A stretch of DNA of 64,000 bases from assembly GCA_965153355.1 (NCBI GenBank), contig OZ231126.1:41726001-41790000 (forward strand), written 5' to 3'. The notes beneath the pieces are model-generated. The model ran no database searches. It was not told the DNA's origin and worked only from the letters and a program-made list of their open reading frames with translations. The translations under genes were made by a program, and so were the position numbers. Source of the DNA: Flaccisagitta enflata (Eukaryota). Positions within the stretch are counted from its first letter, which is position 1. Every line of letters begins with the position of its first letter. Shown piece after piece: positions 1 to 14,202 of this stretch.

Positions 1-147
1 TTACTACGAAATACGGATCATCCTTTGTCTGCCAACGAGCGCCACGCTCTCATCAAAGATAACAAATAATTGGGTACAAAATAAAGAAATATATTTCTGG
101 ATCCGACATGGAAGCAATTACAATTTTTGGACACATGTAACAGGATA

Positions 148-586
148 CAGTACCATAGGAGCAATGAGAACCTCAGATGGAGGGTCATTTCCTGCTTCAC
201 TATTCTAATGAAGTAGCTTCAATCATGGATTTTCTAAAAGCTGATGAGCAAGAGCTTTGAGTGAATATAGTTTTATTCCTCTAGCTCAAACTGTTGACCA
301 AAAAGAAAAAAAGTGCAGCAACACTCGAGATTTGAACCTGTGACACTGAAGTGAGATAAATTATTTTTCTCAAGCTCATCACTCTATCAACAGAGCTATC
401 GCGCCACATGCAATTTAAAAATATCAATTGGCGGTTTTCTTATGAATCACTTGGTTTAGAATTTTGTATTCACTCAATACCTTGGACCATCAGCTTTCAA
501 AAAAACCAAAGCTTTAGGTTCTTCCTTTAAACAGTGAGAATATAGAGGGCCCTCTTTCTACTGCGCTTATTGCTCCCATCGTACTG
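148..586. mobile_element. Tc1/mariner-like MITE carrying a tRNA-derived segment
   Basis: Imperfect TIRs CAGTACCATAGGAGCAATGAG / CTTATTGCTCCCATCGTACTG, flanked by TA on both sides (146-147, 587-588). Confidence 0.7.
300..410 (-). pseudogene. tRNA-derived (Pol III type 2 promoter-like) segment inside the MITE
   Basis: Minus strand reads GTGGCGCGATAGCTCTGTTGATAGAG (A box/D-arm-like) ... GGTTCAAATCTCG (B box) and then a T-run. No canonical anticodon arm. Confidence 0.5.
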
Positions 587-761
587 TAACATTTGTTGGA
601 TCGAACACAAGTTCCTTCCACTGCTAACTTGTGTTACGGAGAAGCGACTCGATAAGCAGCTGATTGCCGTCGTTTGGTCCGTAGGAAGTCGAGGGGGGGG
701 GCGGCATAACTCTCTCTACCCATCTCTCAGCTTAGGAGACAGATTGTGGTCCTGTATCGTC

Positions 762-888
762 TTTAGTTGCGTGCTATGGGACTCTACACCCCACTTTGTC
801 GGTCCGTCAGTGGGTTCATCCATCCATCCTCAAAAAAAGGCCCTGCCCAGCCGCACGCGACTGGGGTAGCCGTGTATCCGGCCTTGTT
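762..888 (+). mobile_element. HINE/DINE-1-like element, family 1 (short copy)
   Basis: TTTAGTTGCGTGC...ACTCTACACCCC start and the family 3' end GCACGCGACTGGGGTAGCCGTGTATCCGGCCTTGTT. Confidence 0.75.
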
Positions 889-1489
889 CTTTGAAGATCG
901 CAAAGACTTTAAAAGAGATAAGCTTTGGCTATCAGTAGAATTCCAAACAAGATTTCTTTCCAACAGGCATATGAGAGAAAAAGGGAAATATATGCAAACG
1001 CATGCAAACGCATTTTCTTCTTCAATGAGATATATTGCATGACAAAGGAATTAACGCCTGAAGATCGTCACGCACTTTTTGTAGTGAACTAGTTCATCGC
1101 GCCTTAAAAAATATCTTTGACTGTAACCATTTCTCTGTGACGCAAGGTTTTGACACGTCTTTTTCTGCAGAAATATTTCTTTTTTGTCCTTTTTTTCTTT
1201 CCATTTTGTAGATTGAGATTTCTTGTCGAGTGTTTTCTTGATATTTTGATTCTCAACATGTTTCCGACGCCGCAAAGTTTCTCCGTGAAATTTGCCTTTG
1301 TCACTTTTATATTTTCCGCATTTTTTGTTCTTGTTTTTGACATCATTTTGGAATTCATCGTGATCGTCTTCATCGACATCGTCGTTATCGATGTCATCGA
1401 TATCGTCCTCGTCATCAATACCGATGCCAGGGTCATCAGAGCCGATGTCGTTGTTATCGTCGTTGTCCTAGTCATTGTTGTTGTTCTAG

Positions 1490-1579
<90 letters not shown>

Positions 1580-1586
1580 TACTCAA

Positions 1587-1656
<70 letters not shown>

Positions 1657-1659
1657 GCC

Positions 1660-1736
<77 letters not shown>

Positions 1737-1738
1737 GC

Positions 1739-1781
<43 letters not shown>

Positions 1782-1788
1782 AACTCAA

Positions 1789-1819
<31 letters not shown>

Positions 1820-1820
1820 C

Positions 1821-1908
<88 letters not shown>

Positions 1909-1910
1909 CG
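1490..1910. repeat. (GTT)n microsatellite
   Basis: ~420 bp of near-perfect GTT repeats. Confidence 0.98.
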
Positions 1911-2075
1911 TTAATGTGGCAGACTTAGTGGGATGTTGGTGAGTGCGTAAGTGAGGAATGCTGTTGAGCCTTCGTCGCCTCGTCGACGTCGTCGCAGCAT
2001 CGAAACCAACTTGACGATGCACATCCCGATCAAAATGCTGCCAACCATCAACCCCAATATCACCAAAAACGTAAC
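1911..2075 (-). CDS. Possible terminal exon encoding a single TM helix and short tail (VTFLVILGLMVGSILIGMCIVKLVSMLRRRRR...PLSLPH*)
   Basis: (CT)n polypyrimidine tract plus TTTTGGCAG acceptor at 2076-2078; hydrophobic stretch followed by a basic stop-transfer RRRRR; TAA at 1911-1913. Upstream exons not identified. Confidence 0.4.
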   Translation of the reverse strand, partial: VTFLVILGLMVGSILIGMCIVKLVSMLRRRRRGDEGSTAFLTYALTNIPLSLPH

Positions 2076-2080
2076 CTGCC

Positions 2081-2326
<246 letters not shown>

Positions 2327-3840
2327 AGTTAAGATTAGTGGTATGAAACATTAAAGACAAATGATTGCGATGTTTGTGTTTTCCAAAATGTTGCTGCTAT
2401 GAAATCACCATCATCAACTATGGTAAAAGTGTGCGTGTGTGCATGTATATGTACAGGAATGAGTAAATTTTCTTTTCTGACTATCTGTCTGTTTTTTGTC
2501 TTTGTGTTTGTCAGTCTGTCTGTCTGTCTTTATCTCAGTCAGTCAGTCTTTCTGTCTGTCTATCGGTCTTTTTGTCTGTCTGTCGGTCTTTCTTTCTGTC
2601 TGTCGGTCTCTCTGTCTGTCTATCTTTTTTTTTTTTTTTTTTTTTTTTTTTTGCAAATCGTGCCCCTGGGGATTCGTGTTACAGAACAACGCGTAATCTC
2701 CACAAACCCCCGGCGAGCTATCCATCATTCTAATCATCCTCCTCTCTGTGAGTCTGTGACATGAGTGAATGTTTGTTTTCTTTCCAGCTGAACAATTGAA
2801 TTGGAGAGATAACCGAATTCATTAACGGCGCTCAAATGTAAATAATCCTCGGCCTCGGCCTCGGCTTCGGCGTGCGGAGGAAGAAAAAAGAACGAGAAAC
2901 CAGCAGCGGAAATGGATGAGTCGATGGAAAACAAGGTCGTGCAAGTCCAATGGACCCTTTAGCGAATTCTTAACCGACTAACGAAACATCGTACGGACAG
3001 ACCGACTGACGATCACAATTTCTTTAAGCCATGGTTATGTTTATGTACACATGGAATGATTCAACATCGCCAAAAAACTACCGATTGAAAACACGAACAA
3101 GTCAGTAAATTTACAGGAAAGATGCTCTTCATAGATGAAAAGACCTAAAGCCAGCAGATCATCATTGAATCATTAGCGCAAGTGCGAAGAAATAGCCACT
3201 CATAGAGATCCGTGTTTTGACATTGACAAAATTTCGATAGAGGAGGAAAGCAAAATTTTCGAATTCCTGCCCCCTCCCCTAAAAAAAAAACAGATTCCCT
3301 GGAAACTAAAAAGAATTCGAAAACAACGAAAGAAAAAAAAAGAAAGAAAACATTAGGAAAGAAAACAAGGGAGAGGGGAAAACAACAAAGTGGGAAATGG
3401 AAACTAAATTTGTTGAGCCGAGCTGAGCAAGCTGAGTGAGCATGAATAATTTACGTCGTCGAGGAACCAACCATCAAAACACGCAGGCTCACGTTCTAAA
3501 ATTGTGATTGTTATTGACGCAGGAAAATACATTCAGTGACGGACCGTTTTTCAGCAGCTGAACAAGCAATGACTGATACAGAGAAGAGTTGCTGTAGACA
3601 GCGGGCTGCACTCACCTAATTTTAACAGTATGGTTTAAGTTCGATCGTAAGCACTAAGCAGTGTTTGTACAGCATACGCGTGTCTCTACGGTGAAATATT
3701 GCTAGCTCAACCTTGGGTTTTAATCAGGTCGAGGTGGCTCAAAAAGCTGTAGTGTTTAATATTGAATTGTTTGAAAAAAGTTCAAATAGTTGAAATATAG
3801 AAATATGAACGGATCAATTGATCAATTAAAAAATTGATTA

Positions 3841-4280
3841 CACTCTTTTTATTAAGTAAGGACGAAGTTTATAAGGACATGAGGCTGAAATTTTGCCAAA
3901 ATTTAAGGATATTTTAAGAACAACCCCAAGCCTTAATTTTATAAAGAAAAATTTGTTTCCTATTCCAAATTTCAATCATTGCTATGAAAATTGTTTTAAG
4001 AATATATCTTCAAAAAAAAAAATGATAATCATTTGTTTTTCTACATTGATATGTTTATTATACAAACAAATACTAATCAATTGTTGCAATATTTTGTATT
4101 TTCAAATCAATCGTTTATAATAAACTTAAGCTTTTACAATTTTTATTTCCTTTACAATGTAGAACTACAGAAAAAATATTAAAGACACATCAAGAACATT
4201 TCGGCCTCAAATCTGCAAAAATTAAAAGAACGTCCCAGCCTCAGAAAAATATTACTGGTCCTTAAGAACTGAAAAGAGTG
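3841..4280. mobile_element. Tc1/mariner-like MITE
   Basis: TA-CACTCTTTT...AAAAGAGTG-TA ends; termini resemble the element at 43684-43839. Confidence 0.6.
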
Positions 4281-4394
4281 TAATGAAAGAATGAATAAAG
4301 GCACGACTGAATGAAAATGAATGTGAAGTAACATGAATGAAGGAACACGTTGCAATCAACCGTTCTACGCAGTTTTAATGAATGTGTGACGGAA

Positions 4395-4459
<65 letters not shown>

Positions 4460-4766
4460 GACAGAGAGAGACAAAGAGAGACAAAGAGAGATAGAGAGAA
4501 AAAGAGAGATAGAGAGAAAAAGAGAGACAAAGAGAGAGAGAGAGAAGAATCAGAGTGAGAGAGAAAAAAAGAACAAAAATAGACATTCAAAAACACTTTA
4601 TTGGTTAACGGCTGTTACTACACCTGAGATTCATTCATGATGAGCTTTTTTTCAGATTGAACGTGGGATGCGTCGCTTCCCTCGGATAGTTGGCGAAAGG
4701 CAACGATACATCTTCGCCATGTTTTCGTATCATTTGATTGGGGATATTTACGATTGTTGTTGTTGT

Positions 4767-4859
<93 letters not shown>

Positions 4860-5547
4860 CGTTGTTGTTGTTGAATGAATTTATTTACGAATGTGGATGC
4901 TGCGGCGTAAATCAATGGGTAGGTTCACTTTATTTGTTCATTTGTGAATTGCGATCATGAAGAAAGATTTAACAACGCCGCAGTCGCTACCACCACCATC
5001 AAAAGATGCAAGAATATGGCGCCACCCCCGACACCCAACGGCGCTGGCGCTGGCTTTATCTTTTCTTTACGACACCACCTCGTTCGCCAATGGCGACGGA
5101 ATGAAACGTTTCCTGTTTTGCCGGCGCCTTCGTCCGTCTCTCGCGCGACAGACGCCGACTCGGGCACTGAAATAAAAATTACGAAACAGGGCTGAGTTAA
5201 TCTTGAACGGGCTGAGGCAGGGGGCAGGGGGCAGGGGCAACAGTAGTCGATTTTGAAACTGAGAACATTAAACACGCATGGACAAGGAAATGGTGTTCAC
5301 GGTAGATGAGGAGGTATGACTTATGCATGTATGAGAGTGGTCGGTGGTGGTATTTCTAGATGGTGAGAGAATTTACTGCACAGTTGGGACCAGGCTGTTG
5401 GTCGCACACGAGGGCAAAACAAAACGAAACATTATACTTAGCAGAGTTCTGAATTGGAAGGGGCTGGCGCACATGTATCTTCCTAAGCACCACCGCATAA
5501 ACTAACACACACACTCATACGCGCACACACACACTCACACACACGCG

Positions 5548-5655
<108 letters not shown>

Positions 5656-6205
5656 AAAAAAAACACACACATTCACAAAGCAAGGCCGTATACACGGCAG
5701 CATTAGTCGCGGACGGGTGGACAGGAGCGGAAAACCTCGAAAAACACTTTTGTGACGGACCGATGGACCGACGAACCGAAAAGTTGCTTATAGAGTCGCG
5801 TGTCCGCGACTTAAAATCCGATAATCAACACGAGTGAAAGAAGAGAAATGGCAAACAAATCTGCTATTCGACCACAGGGAAACAGAGGAAGAAAAAAAAC
5901 AACTATGCAAACAAAGGAGCAATCATTTTGACGAAGTAACAACTGTCACAGGTACGACCGACTGAACTGAATGTAAGCTTGATTTAATGATGAAAAAATA
6001 TTATAAAGCGCCCGATTATTTGTAGCGAAAAAGATAACATGGGGGTTACACGGCCACCCAAACCGCGTGCGGGTAGGCGGGGCAACGATTAATGATGGAA
6101 AGAAAAGGAGGTAACGTACAAGAGAGAAAGACAAAATAAAAGAGAGAAAATAAAAACTAGAAAGAAAGAACGAAGCTAGAAAAAGAAAGAAAGAAAGAAA
6201 GAAAA

Positions 6206-6284
<79 letters not shown>

Positions 6285-6313
6285 TGAAAGAAAGAAATCA
6301 GTAAGAAAGAAAT

Positions 6314-6389
<76 letters not shown>

Positions 6390-6392
6390 AAA

Positions 6393-6437
<45 letters not shown>

Positions 6438-6569
6438 ATAAAATACACGGTTACCCCAGTCGCTTGCGGGTGGGCAGGGGCAGTTTGTGAAATAGGCATA
6501 TCAAAAATCTCGACAGAGGCGGTGAATATGAATATGAATGAAGATCGAACAAACTCGTCCTCGTATCTC

Positions 6570-7646
6570 TACCAGTAATGGCGGCTGTCGCCGTGAGGAA
6601 AAAAGTCGTAAGCGTTGTTCACTTTTCACCAAGCTTTTGTTTTCAGTCATTGCAACTTTCTATTTGTTAGATCAAATCAAGAGCAATTGAATATACAGGC
6701 CCATAATAATATAATGAGAGGGGCAGCAAAATCGCTAGCAACCCTACCCACAGCTTAAATGGTCAATATTACAAGGACAACTGATGTACTGGCTAAAAGC
6801 ATATCCCAATACTATTCCCGCCATCGAGGTGTTTTTCAAATTTCCTCATAATTCTGAAGATATAGGTCAATAATCGGCTAAATCAATGCTTTAGAAAATG
6901 GCTAATTTTCACCCTAAAAGAGGCTGTATCTTGGAAACTAGTTTGAAATTAAAAAAACGGCGCTATGGCAGGAATTGGATTGGGACAAGTTGTTGGGCGC
7001 TACTTTTATTGTCCATGTAACCATTTGAGCCGCAGGTAGGGGTGCTAGCGATTTTGACTACCCCTCTCACTGTAATGTCATTGGTTCTGTAGTGGTTGCA
7101 CTGAAAATCAGAGAAAAATAGGACTGAGCCAAATGAGCTAGATGAGCTAAAATATTCAGAATCACTCAACTACACAACCAGTTATGCTTACTGAGATGGT
7201 TTTTTTGTATTTGCATGCTTAAATCAAAACATTTATCTATTTATCGGTTTTGAAATCAGAAAAAAAGAGCAAGCTAAAGCTAAAATGCTCAAAATCACCC
7301 TCACACATGAGCAGCTATGCTCATAAACATGTTCTTTTGTATTTGCATGCTTAACCAAACTTAGATACACTCCTTTATTGATCCTACACAAAATCATAAA
7401 AAATCTAAAAAAATTCAATTTGAATTTTTCGTAAATAAATCTTTAAAAATTCATAACGCGAAAAATATTTGTCCCAGAGACTTCTGTTTAGCGCCAAATG
7501 AAAGAGAATTATCAAATTTACTTACCCTATCAATTTCATCCAAGGGTGCAATCGCCCTAAGGAGTTCCTAAACTTTCGCATAAGAAAATGAAAACCCTGT
7601 TTCTCTCGTTTATGTCAAAAAGTCGAAGACTAACTTCGACTTTTTT
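6570..7646 (-). mobile_element. HINE-like element, family 3, with a nested MITE at about 6713-7072
   Basis: Terminal hairpin AAAAGTCGAAG-ACTAA-CTTCGACTTTT at one end and ACCAGTAATGGCGGCTGTCGCCG...AAAAAAGTCGTA at the other; homologous in inverted orientation to 60847-61669. Confidence 0.65.
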
Positions 7647-10420
7647 CCCGATGAGATGATTTGTCGGTCTGTCCGTCCGTCCGTCCGTCCGTCCGTCCGT
7701 AACGCCAATGCGAAAAACGCATTTCTCAGCTGTTTTTGGTCATGGCGAGATCGTATACTGAGTTAAACGATCAATACACGTGTTTTGCAGTTTGTCAGTC
7801 AGTTCGTCCATGCGTCAACCCATATGTCACACAGTATCAGCGCAAATTTCGCTCCACGTAAGGACACTGTCAGGACGCATCGTTGCCCGGTCGGCAAGCA
7901 TGAAATGAAAATCAGGCCAGAAAAAATGGAATAGAGAAAGATAACAAGTCCAAGTTATGGCCAATAAGCGCGCCTCGCTCGATTGAGAATTTGTGAATGA
8001 ACGTTTCGAATGAATGAATGAATAAATGAATGAATGAATAAACGAATGAATGAATAAACGAATGAATGAATGAATGAATGAATGAATGAATGAATGAATG
8101 AATGAATGAATGAATGAATGAATGAATGAATGAATGAATGAATGAATGAATGAATGAATAACAGAATGAAAATAAGTGTGGAAAGGCATGAGAGGTGACA
8201 GGAATGAAGAAAGACGACAGAATTGGCCGTTTTGAGTGTTTTAAACGTTTGCGTTACCGACAGACCAACAGAGCGACGGACAAGACCTCTTATACAAGTG
8301 CCAGGACGCACTTAAAAATAAGTTGAACATTTAACGAAATGGTGTTCTACCGAGAGAGCAATAATCCAGCGGTAGGGAAAGTATTTTACATATTCATTAT
8401 CTTTTTCTTTGCCTGCCGTTTGCTTTGCTTTTCTTCCCCGTTTTCTCCTTCTCTTTAGTCGCTTTTTAAGTGCGTCCTCGAACTTCTATAAGAGGTCATG
8501 TCCGTCGGTTGGTTGGTTGGTTGGTCTGTTGGTTGGTTGGTAACGCGATCGTTTGAAATGCGCAAAACGGCTGATTCTGACGTATTTCTTCATTCCTACC
8601 ACCTTTCATGCCTTAACACATTCATTCTAATTCATTCATTCATTTATGCATCAAAAACGTTCATTCACAAATTCTTAATCAAGCGAGGCGCACTTATTGG
8701 CTTTAACTTGGCCTTGTTAACTTAGAAATACTAAGCGATTCAATAAGAAGTTCAGCGCGGCCGTGGATATGTACGTAGGTCCGAAAGTAGGTCCTGAATC
8801 CGTAGGTAAGTCCGAATAGAAGTTTCTTGGGTGAGTATCAAATAGTTTGCCCAGTTTCAGCTCTCAGCTTTCAGTCGGTCAGTCGGTTGGTTTAGTCGGT
8901 TAGTCTGTCACGTTTCATATTTTTTTTAAACTTTTTTTGCCGTCTTTGGCCTCACTACTCCTGCCCAAGGGCTTTAGTGACCTTAAAGTTTGGGGTTTTT
9001 TCTATCGGCTAATTCTCCTTTTTAGTCGCGTGCAGTCGACTCTACAACCCACTCTGACCGTCTGTCGGTCCGTCCGTCGGTCCGTCCGTCGGTCCGTCTG
9101 TAACACTTTGCTTTTTATCGACATTTTACATCATTTTAAAACATTTTAAGTCATTTTAAGTTATTTAAAGTTAAATTAAGTCAATTTACATTTAGTCTCT
9201 TAGTCTCTTAGTCTTCTGGTCTTTTAGTCTTTTAGTCTTTTAGTCTTTTAGTCTTTTAGTCTTTTAGTCTTTTAGTCTTTTAGTCTTTTAGTCTTATAGT
9301 CTTTTAGTCTTTTAGTCTTTTAGTCTTTTAGTCGTTTAGTTTTTTAGTCTTTTAATCTTTTAGTCTTTTGGTCTCATGGTCTTAACAACCGTACGCGACC
9401 ACACTTACTTTGTTTAATTGTAAATCGCGAAGTAGTATTTCTTTTTGATGAAAATCCTTTAGTTGGAAATCTATCGATTTTAACTTTTAGATTGCTTGTC
9501 GCTATGACTAATTCTTATATGTAAGCTTTAAATCAAGGGATATCCATTTAAGGATGGATTTGAGCCCAGGATTTTACTTCGCGAATCAGTCGAGTGTGCG
9601 ACTGTAAGGTGTTGGCCTTGTTTCCATAAACTCTTGTCCATATACCCCTACCCACCCGCAATGGTACATCGTGTATCCAGCCTTGTTTTTTTTTTTCGGA
9701 TATATTCCTTCTAGTTGGCGTTGGGAAATGATTTTGTTGGCGCCACGAAGGAGAAAAAAAGGAAGGGATTCGTTTTCTGACGCAAAAAACGGATTCGTCG
9801 CAAACCACGCGTCGGAATTACGAACCTAACGTCCGACGTCGTGCGGGACGACAACGACGACGACAACGAGGATGACGACGATGAGGACGATGTGGGAGAC
9901 AACAATGATGGCGGTGACGACGATGATAACAACAATGAGGAGGACGACGACGTTTACTAAGGCGCAACGATGGGGATTATGATGATGATAATTATTAAAG
10001 ATGATGGCGACTACGAATAAACGACATTTCACATTTAAGTGAGATATCAATTATCTTTCATGCAAAAATATTATCAATAAAAATGAATCAACCTATTTTT
10101 AGTTTAGAATATCATCATTTAATCATATGAAAAATTGACCAAAAAATGTGTTGACTCATTGAATTCTATTTTCGTTTGCACTGTGACGTAAAATGATAAC
10201 AATTGTGACTGTGACTCTACGCCTTTCTGTGTTGGTCGATCCGTCCGTCCCTCTGTCGGGCTGTAACATCTGAAAGATTTATTGTAGGGAAAGGTTATTA
10301 TTGTAAGGTATGTAAGTGTAAAGTAATGTTGTACTCTAGTTTTGTAGTACCGAAGTACTGCCCCTGCCCAACCGTCCGTGACTTTTGCCATGTTTTGGGC
10401 TTGTATTTTTCTATTTTTTT

Positions 10421-11342
10421 CAGGCCTGTATATAATTGAGTTTCCCGGGGGGGGGGGAAATCAAAGGGTCTTGAGATGGGGAAGTAAATTAAAGAGGGCA
10501 AAAAGAGAAAAAAAGAAAAAAAGAAAATTTGGGGAAAAAAAACTTTTGACAGTGCCAAATCATAAAAACTAGTTAGTAAAACACAATTTAACACTATCTA
10601 AACCTTAACTACTATCTTGTTCAAAACAAGAGTCCGGTAGTTTTTGTCATATTTCATCCAAATGGTGAAGAAAACCCTAGGAAAACCGGTGACCGTTAGA
10701 AAGCTCTTCAAAAATGCGATCAAATGCCGCCAAGCAGAGCATTGTAGCTCAATTCGTTTGGATTTTAGAGCAAAAAGAGTAAAAGAGTTCACCTTAAACT
10801 ATGCTGATAAATTAGACAAGAATTTCTTTTCAAAATTCAGGCATGTATTTTTTATGTTTCTGCACTTATCAGTTACAGAAACATAGGAAAATCGGTGACC
10901 GATGTAAAGAGCTTCAACAGGGCTTTCAAATGCCGCCAAGCAGAGCTTACTAGCTCTAGCCGTTTAGATTTTACATCAAATTGAGTGCATACCTCTCAAA
11001 ACAAGAAAGTGGTCAAAATTGCTCCTGAAATTAATTGATAGGTAACACTGAAATAAGTTATTAAGCTCTCTGATAACATAGAAAAGGTTATATGAAACAC
11101 ATTGAATACCCAAAGATGCTTAAATAAACATTCATCACAAAAAATTAGAGTTTTCTATCAATCTGATACCAAATGGGGACTTAATGTCACCGCGCGGACT
11201 CTTGATTTGAACAAGATAGTACACTGTTTTATAGCTTCATGGGAAAAAAAATCATAAATTTTAAAACGCGACGCGGCGTGTCGCGGAGAAGAAAATCAAA
11301 GGCAGGGGGGAAAAAAGAGCGACTCAATTATATACACCCCTG
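10421..11342. mobile_element. hAT-like MITE inserted in a family-1 HINE
   Basis: TIRs CAGGCCTGTATATAATTGAG / CTCAATTATATACACCCCTG; 8-bp TSD ATTTTTTT on both sides; same family as 30149-31061. Confidence 0.7.
10612..11219. mobile_element. TA-flanked MITE nested inside the hAT-like MITE
   Basis: TIRs CTATCTTGTTCAAAACAAGAGTCCG / CGGACTCTTGATTTGAACAAGATAG; TA on both sides. Confidence 0.75.
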
Positions 11343-12650
11343 ATTTTTTTTTGGCAGGGGCAGTGCTTGGATTGTCTTATCAAGCATTTGTGCAGGGGCA
11401 TTGATGCGAAAACCGCCCGTGAATGCCAAAAAATCCAAGCGTTACATACGGAGGTTAAAGATTCACACGCACGCCGCTAGAAAGACTATATAAGTTAATC
11501 ACATTCACCCTTACCTTTTTCACCTAAATAGACTATTCTTCGAAGATCAGAAAAGAAAGAAGGGGCCTAATCAACAACTATTTTGCTTACGTTTTACCTT
11601 CGCACCAAGTTTTCATACTTTGACAATCACATTGAAGAGATTAGACCGATATAATTGGATAAGATTGATTAGAATAGTCGCAAAAAAGGGGGGCGGAGCA
11701 CACTATGCTATGTATAAAAGGTGAAAACTTTGCAGAGTGCAATTTATTTTTCGATGTACAAATCAATAAAACGTCATCACGTTCTGCCTGAAAGGAAAGG
11801 ATCATGAATATTTTGCGAAAGAAAAGACATTCACAAGACGCGTTGCCCCGTCGGCCCTTCGGTCCGTCGATCCGTTGTTCCATTGCACAAAGTTCTGTAC
11901 GCGGGTCACCTCAGGACATAAAAATTTACGCCGGTAATTTTGACCTATATCAAAGGCAGAAACAGGTACGGTTGCTTATACTGAGCAAGAAAATGCATGG
12001 TTTTACCTGCATCCTAGCTAATCCAAAGCCTCTTTTCTTCCCTTGAAGTCAACTACTTCGTCCAAATTCAAATGTGGAAAAAAAGGATTATGTCATTCCA
12101 TAATTTTTTCCATTTGATTCTGTTATAGACATGAACAAGGCCAAGTAGGCCAATAAGGTGCGACGTGTGGATCGTCGAACGATTGCGTTACCCGACAGAC
12201 CGACCAACCAACCAACCAACCAACGGACACAGCCAGTTATAGAGGTGCTTTGTCGCACCTAAAAATGATACCTAGAATAGGGGAGAGGACGCCAAATTTT
12301 TAGGAAAGCTTTAGGGTGGATTGATTACGACATGTGTAAAATTTGGTACACCTGCTTCCAGATTTGAAGGACTTATAAAAAAAAAAAAACCTTGAATTTC
12401 TAATCAAAGATTAAAAAAAATCTCGTCAATTTGAGGCCTCCAAAATGTTAAACCTACTGACTCCATGAGCAAAAAAATGTCCTTTTATGTCATTTTATGT
12501 GTGCATGGGGTGGGGGAAGGTATGGGCATATATGGATGGGGGTTGTTTGCCCCTACCAACACGTCCGCAACGATATTGTGACCCCGCGAAACTTGTTAAA
12601 AAGAAATTAAAATGATTTATTCACTAGTTTTGGTGGCTAACACCATGCAG

Positions 12651-12855
12651 AACAAGGCCGGATACACGGCTACCCCAGTCGCGTGCGGTGGGCAGGGGCT
12701 GTTTTTGAGGTCACTTGATCATTTTGGCAGGAGCAGTGAGGCCAAAGACCGCAAAAAAAAACAAAAAAAAGTAAAGTGTGACGGACCAACGGACCAACGG
12801 ACGGACCGACGGACCGACAAAGCGGGGTGTAGAGTCGCGTAGCACGCGACTAAAA
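12651..12855 (-). mobile_element. HINE/DINE-1-like element, family 1 (complete short copy)
   Basis: AACAAGGCCGGATACACGGC stem-loop end, subterminal AGTCGCGTGC, GACG/GACC microsatellite, and terminal hairpin AGTCGCGT-AGC-ACGCGACT-AAAA. Confidence 0.85.
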
Positions 12856-13140
12856 AACAGAGACAACCAGGCTTTTTGTCAGAATGACTGTTCTACACAA
12901 AGCCATTTTCAAAATTCTGGGGCGTGTTTTGAGAATCGCATTTTCACCCCGCACTAACTGAAAAAAAAAAAGACAACCCAGAAAGGATTCGAACCCTTGC
13001 TCACTCAGTGCTTTAACTGCTCAAAATTGAGTTACTTTCTAGAAGTAGCTATGGGCAAATACCAGTAATGGCGGCTATCACCGACCAGAAAAAAATTGTA
13101 TGTGGTGTTTTCTTGAAGACGACCCCGAGAGAGAGAGAGA

Positions 13141-13217
<77 letters not shown>

Positions 13218-13703
13218 ATGGTTACTCCCATTAATGAAAAAACAAGGCCAGATACAAGGTAAGTCAAATAGTGTGCTGGTGGATAAACTGACTGACCGAT
13301 GGAACGACCGACCAACTGGTAAGCATGCTCAAATCTGTATGATAACAAAACTAAGGATGAGTCTTTCCATTTTGAGACTCCACACCAAGTTTCAATATCT
13401 GAAATCATGCTTGTTTTTTTATTTTGATCAAAATTTCATTTGCATACAGAAATAAAAACAGATTCAAAAATGCATAACTGGTTAATACCGGTGAGCCAGA
13501 GGATGTTTTTCGAAATATCATGTTTATGGCAAACTAGTCAGTGAGGGTTCCTAAGACCCTCTTGCATTCATTTCAGTCTGGGTATAGTGATTTGTCCTGA
13601 TCTAGAAGGGGTACAATCAATCCCGCGGACAGACGCAGACGGACAGACGGACGGAAAGGACGGACCGACTTATCACTTTCGAGATTAGGTGCATGCATCT
13701 GGA

Positions 13704-13859
13704 AACAAGGCCGGATACACGGCCATCAGTTGCGGACGGGTGGGCAGGGGCAGAAATGCGCGTTTTCCCACTTTTCAACTCGATCACCACGGACCAACCA
13801 ACCGACCAACCAACGGACGGACAAAGCCTCTTATAGAGTTGCGTGTCCGCAACTAAAAA
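13704..13859 (-). mobile_element. HINE/DINE-1-like element, family 1 (AGTTGCGGAC subfamily)
   Basis: Same architecture with subterminal AGTTGCGGAC and terminal hairpin AGTTGCG-TGTC-CGCAACT; a sister copy lies at 23625-23786. Confidence 0.8.
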
Positions 13860-14077
13860 GTGAGCCTAATAGCAAAATGCGAACGCCATAGAAACCGAAA
13901 AAGGCTTAATTGTCCGATGACCTTTAAAAGCTGCCATTTGCGCTCGATCTCAATCGAATCTCCGATTTGCAGAATAATTTATGTCGCCAAAAATCCGCTC
14001 GCTCTTTTCTTCAATTTTCGCTCTCTTTCTGCCTTAATCATTCTCTGTCTCTGTCTCCGTGTCAATCTGTCTCTGTT

Positions 14078-14202
<125 letters not shown>

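Noticed and set aside
1051-1470. Minus-strand acidic-then-basic open frame (DNDDNNDIGSDD...KKCVTIFRR)
   Set aside because: No start codon or convincing acceptor; the acidic part is a degenerate GAY repeat like the non-coding one at ~9830-9960.
1104-1914. Long poly-Val/Leu/Thr/Cys ORFs
   Set aside because: These are translations of the (GTT)n microsatellite.
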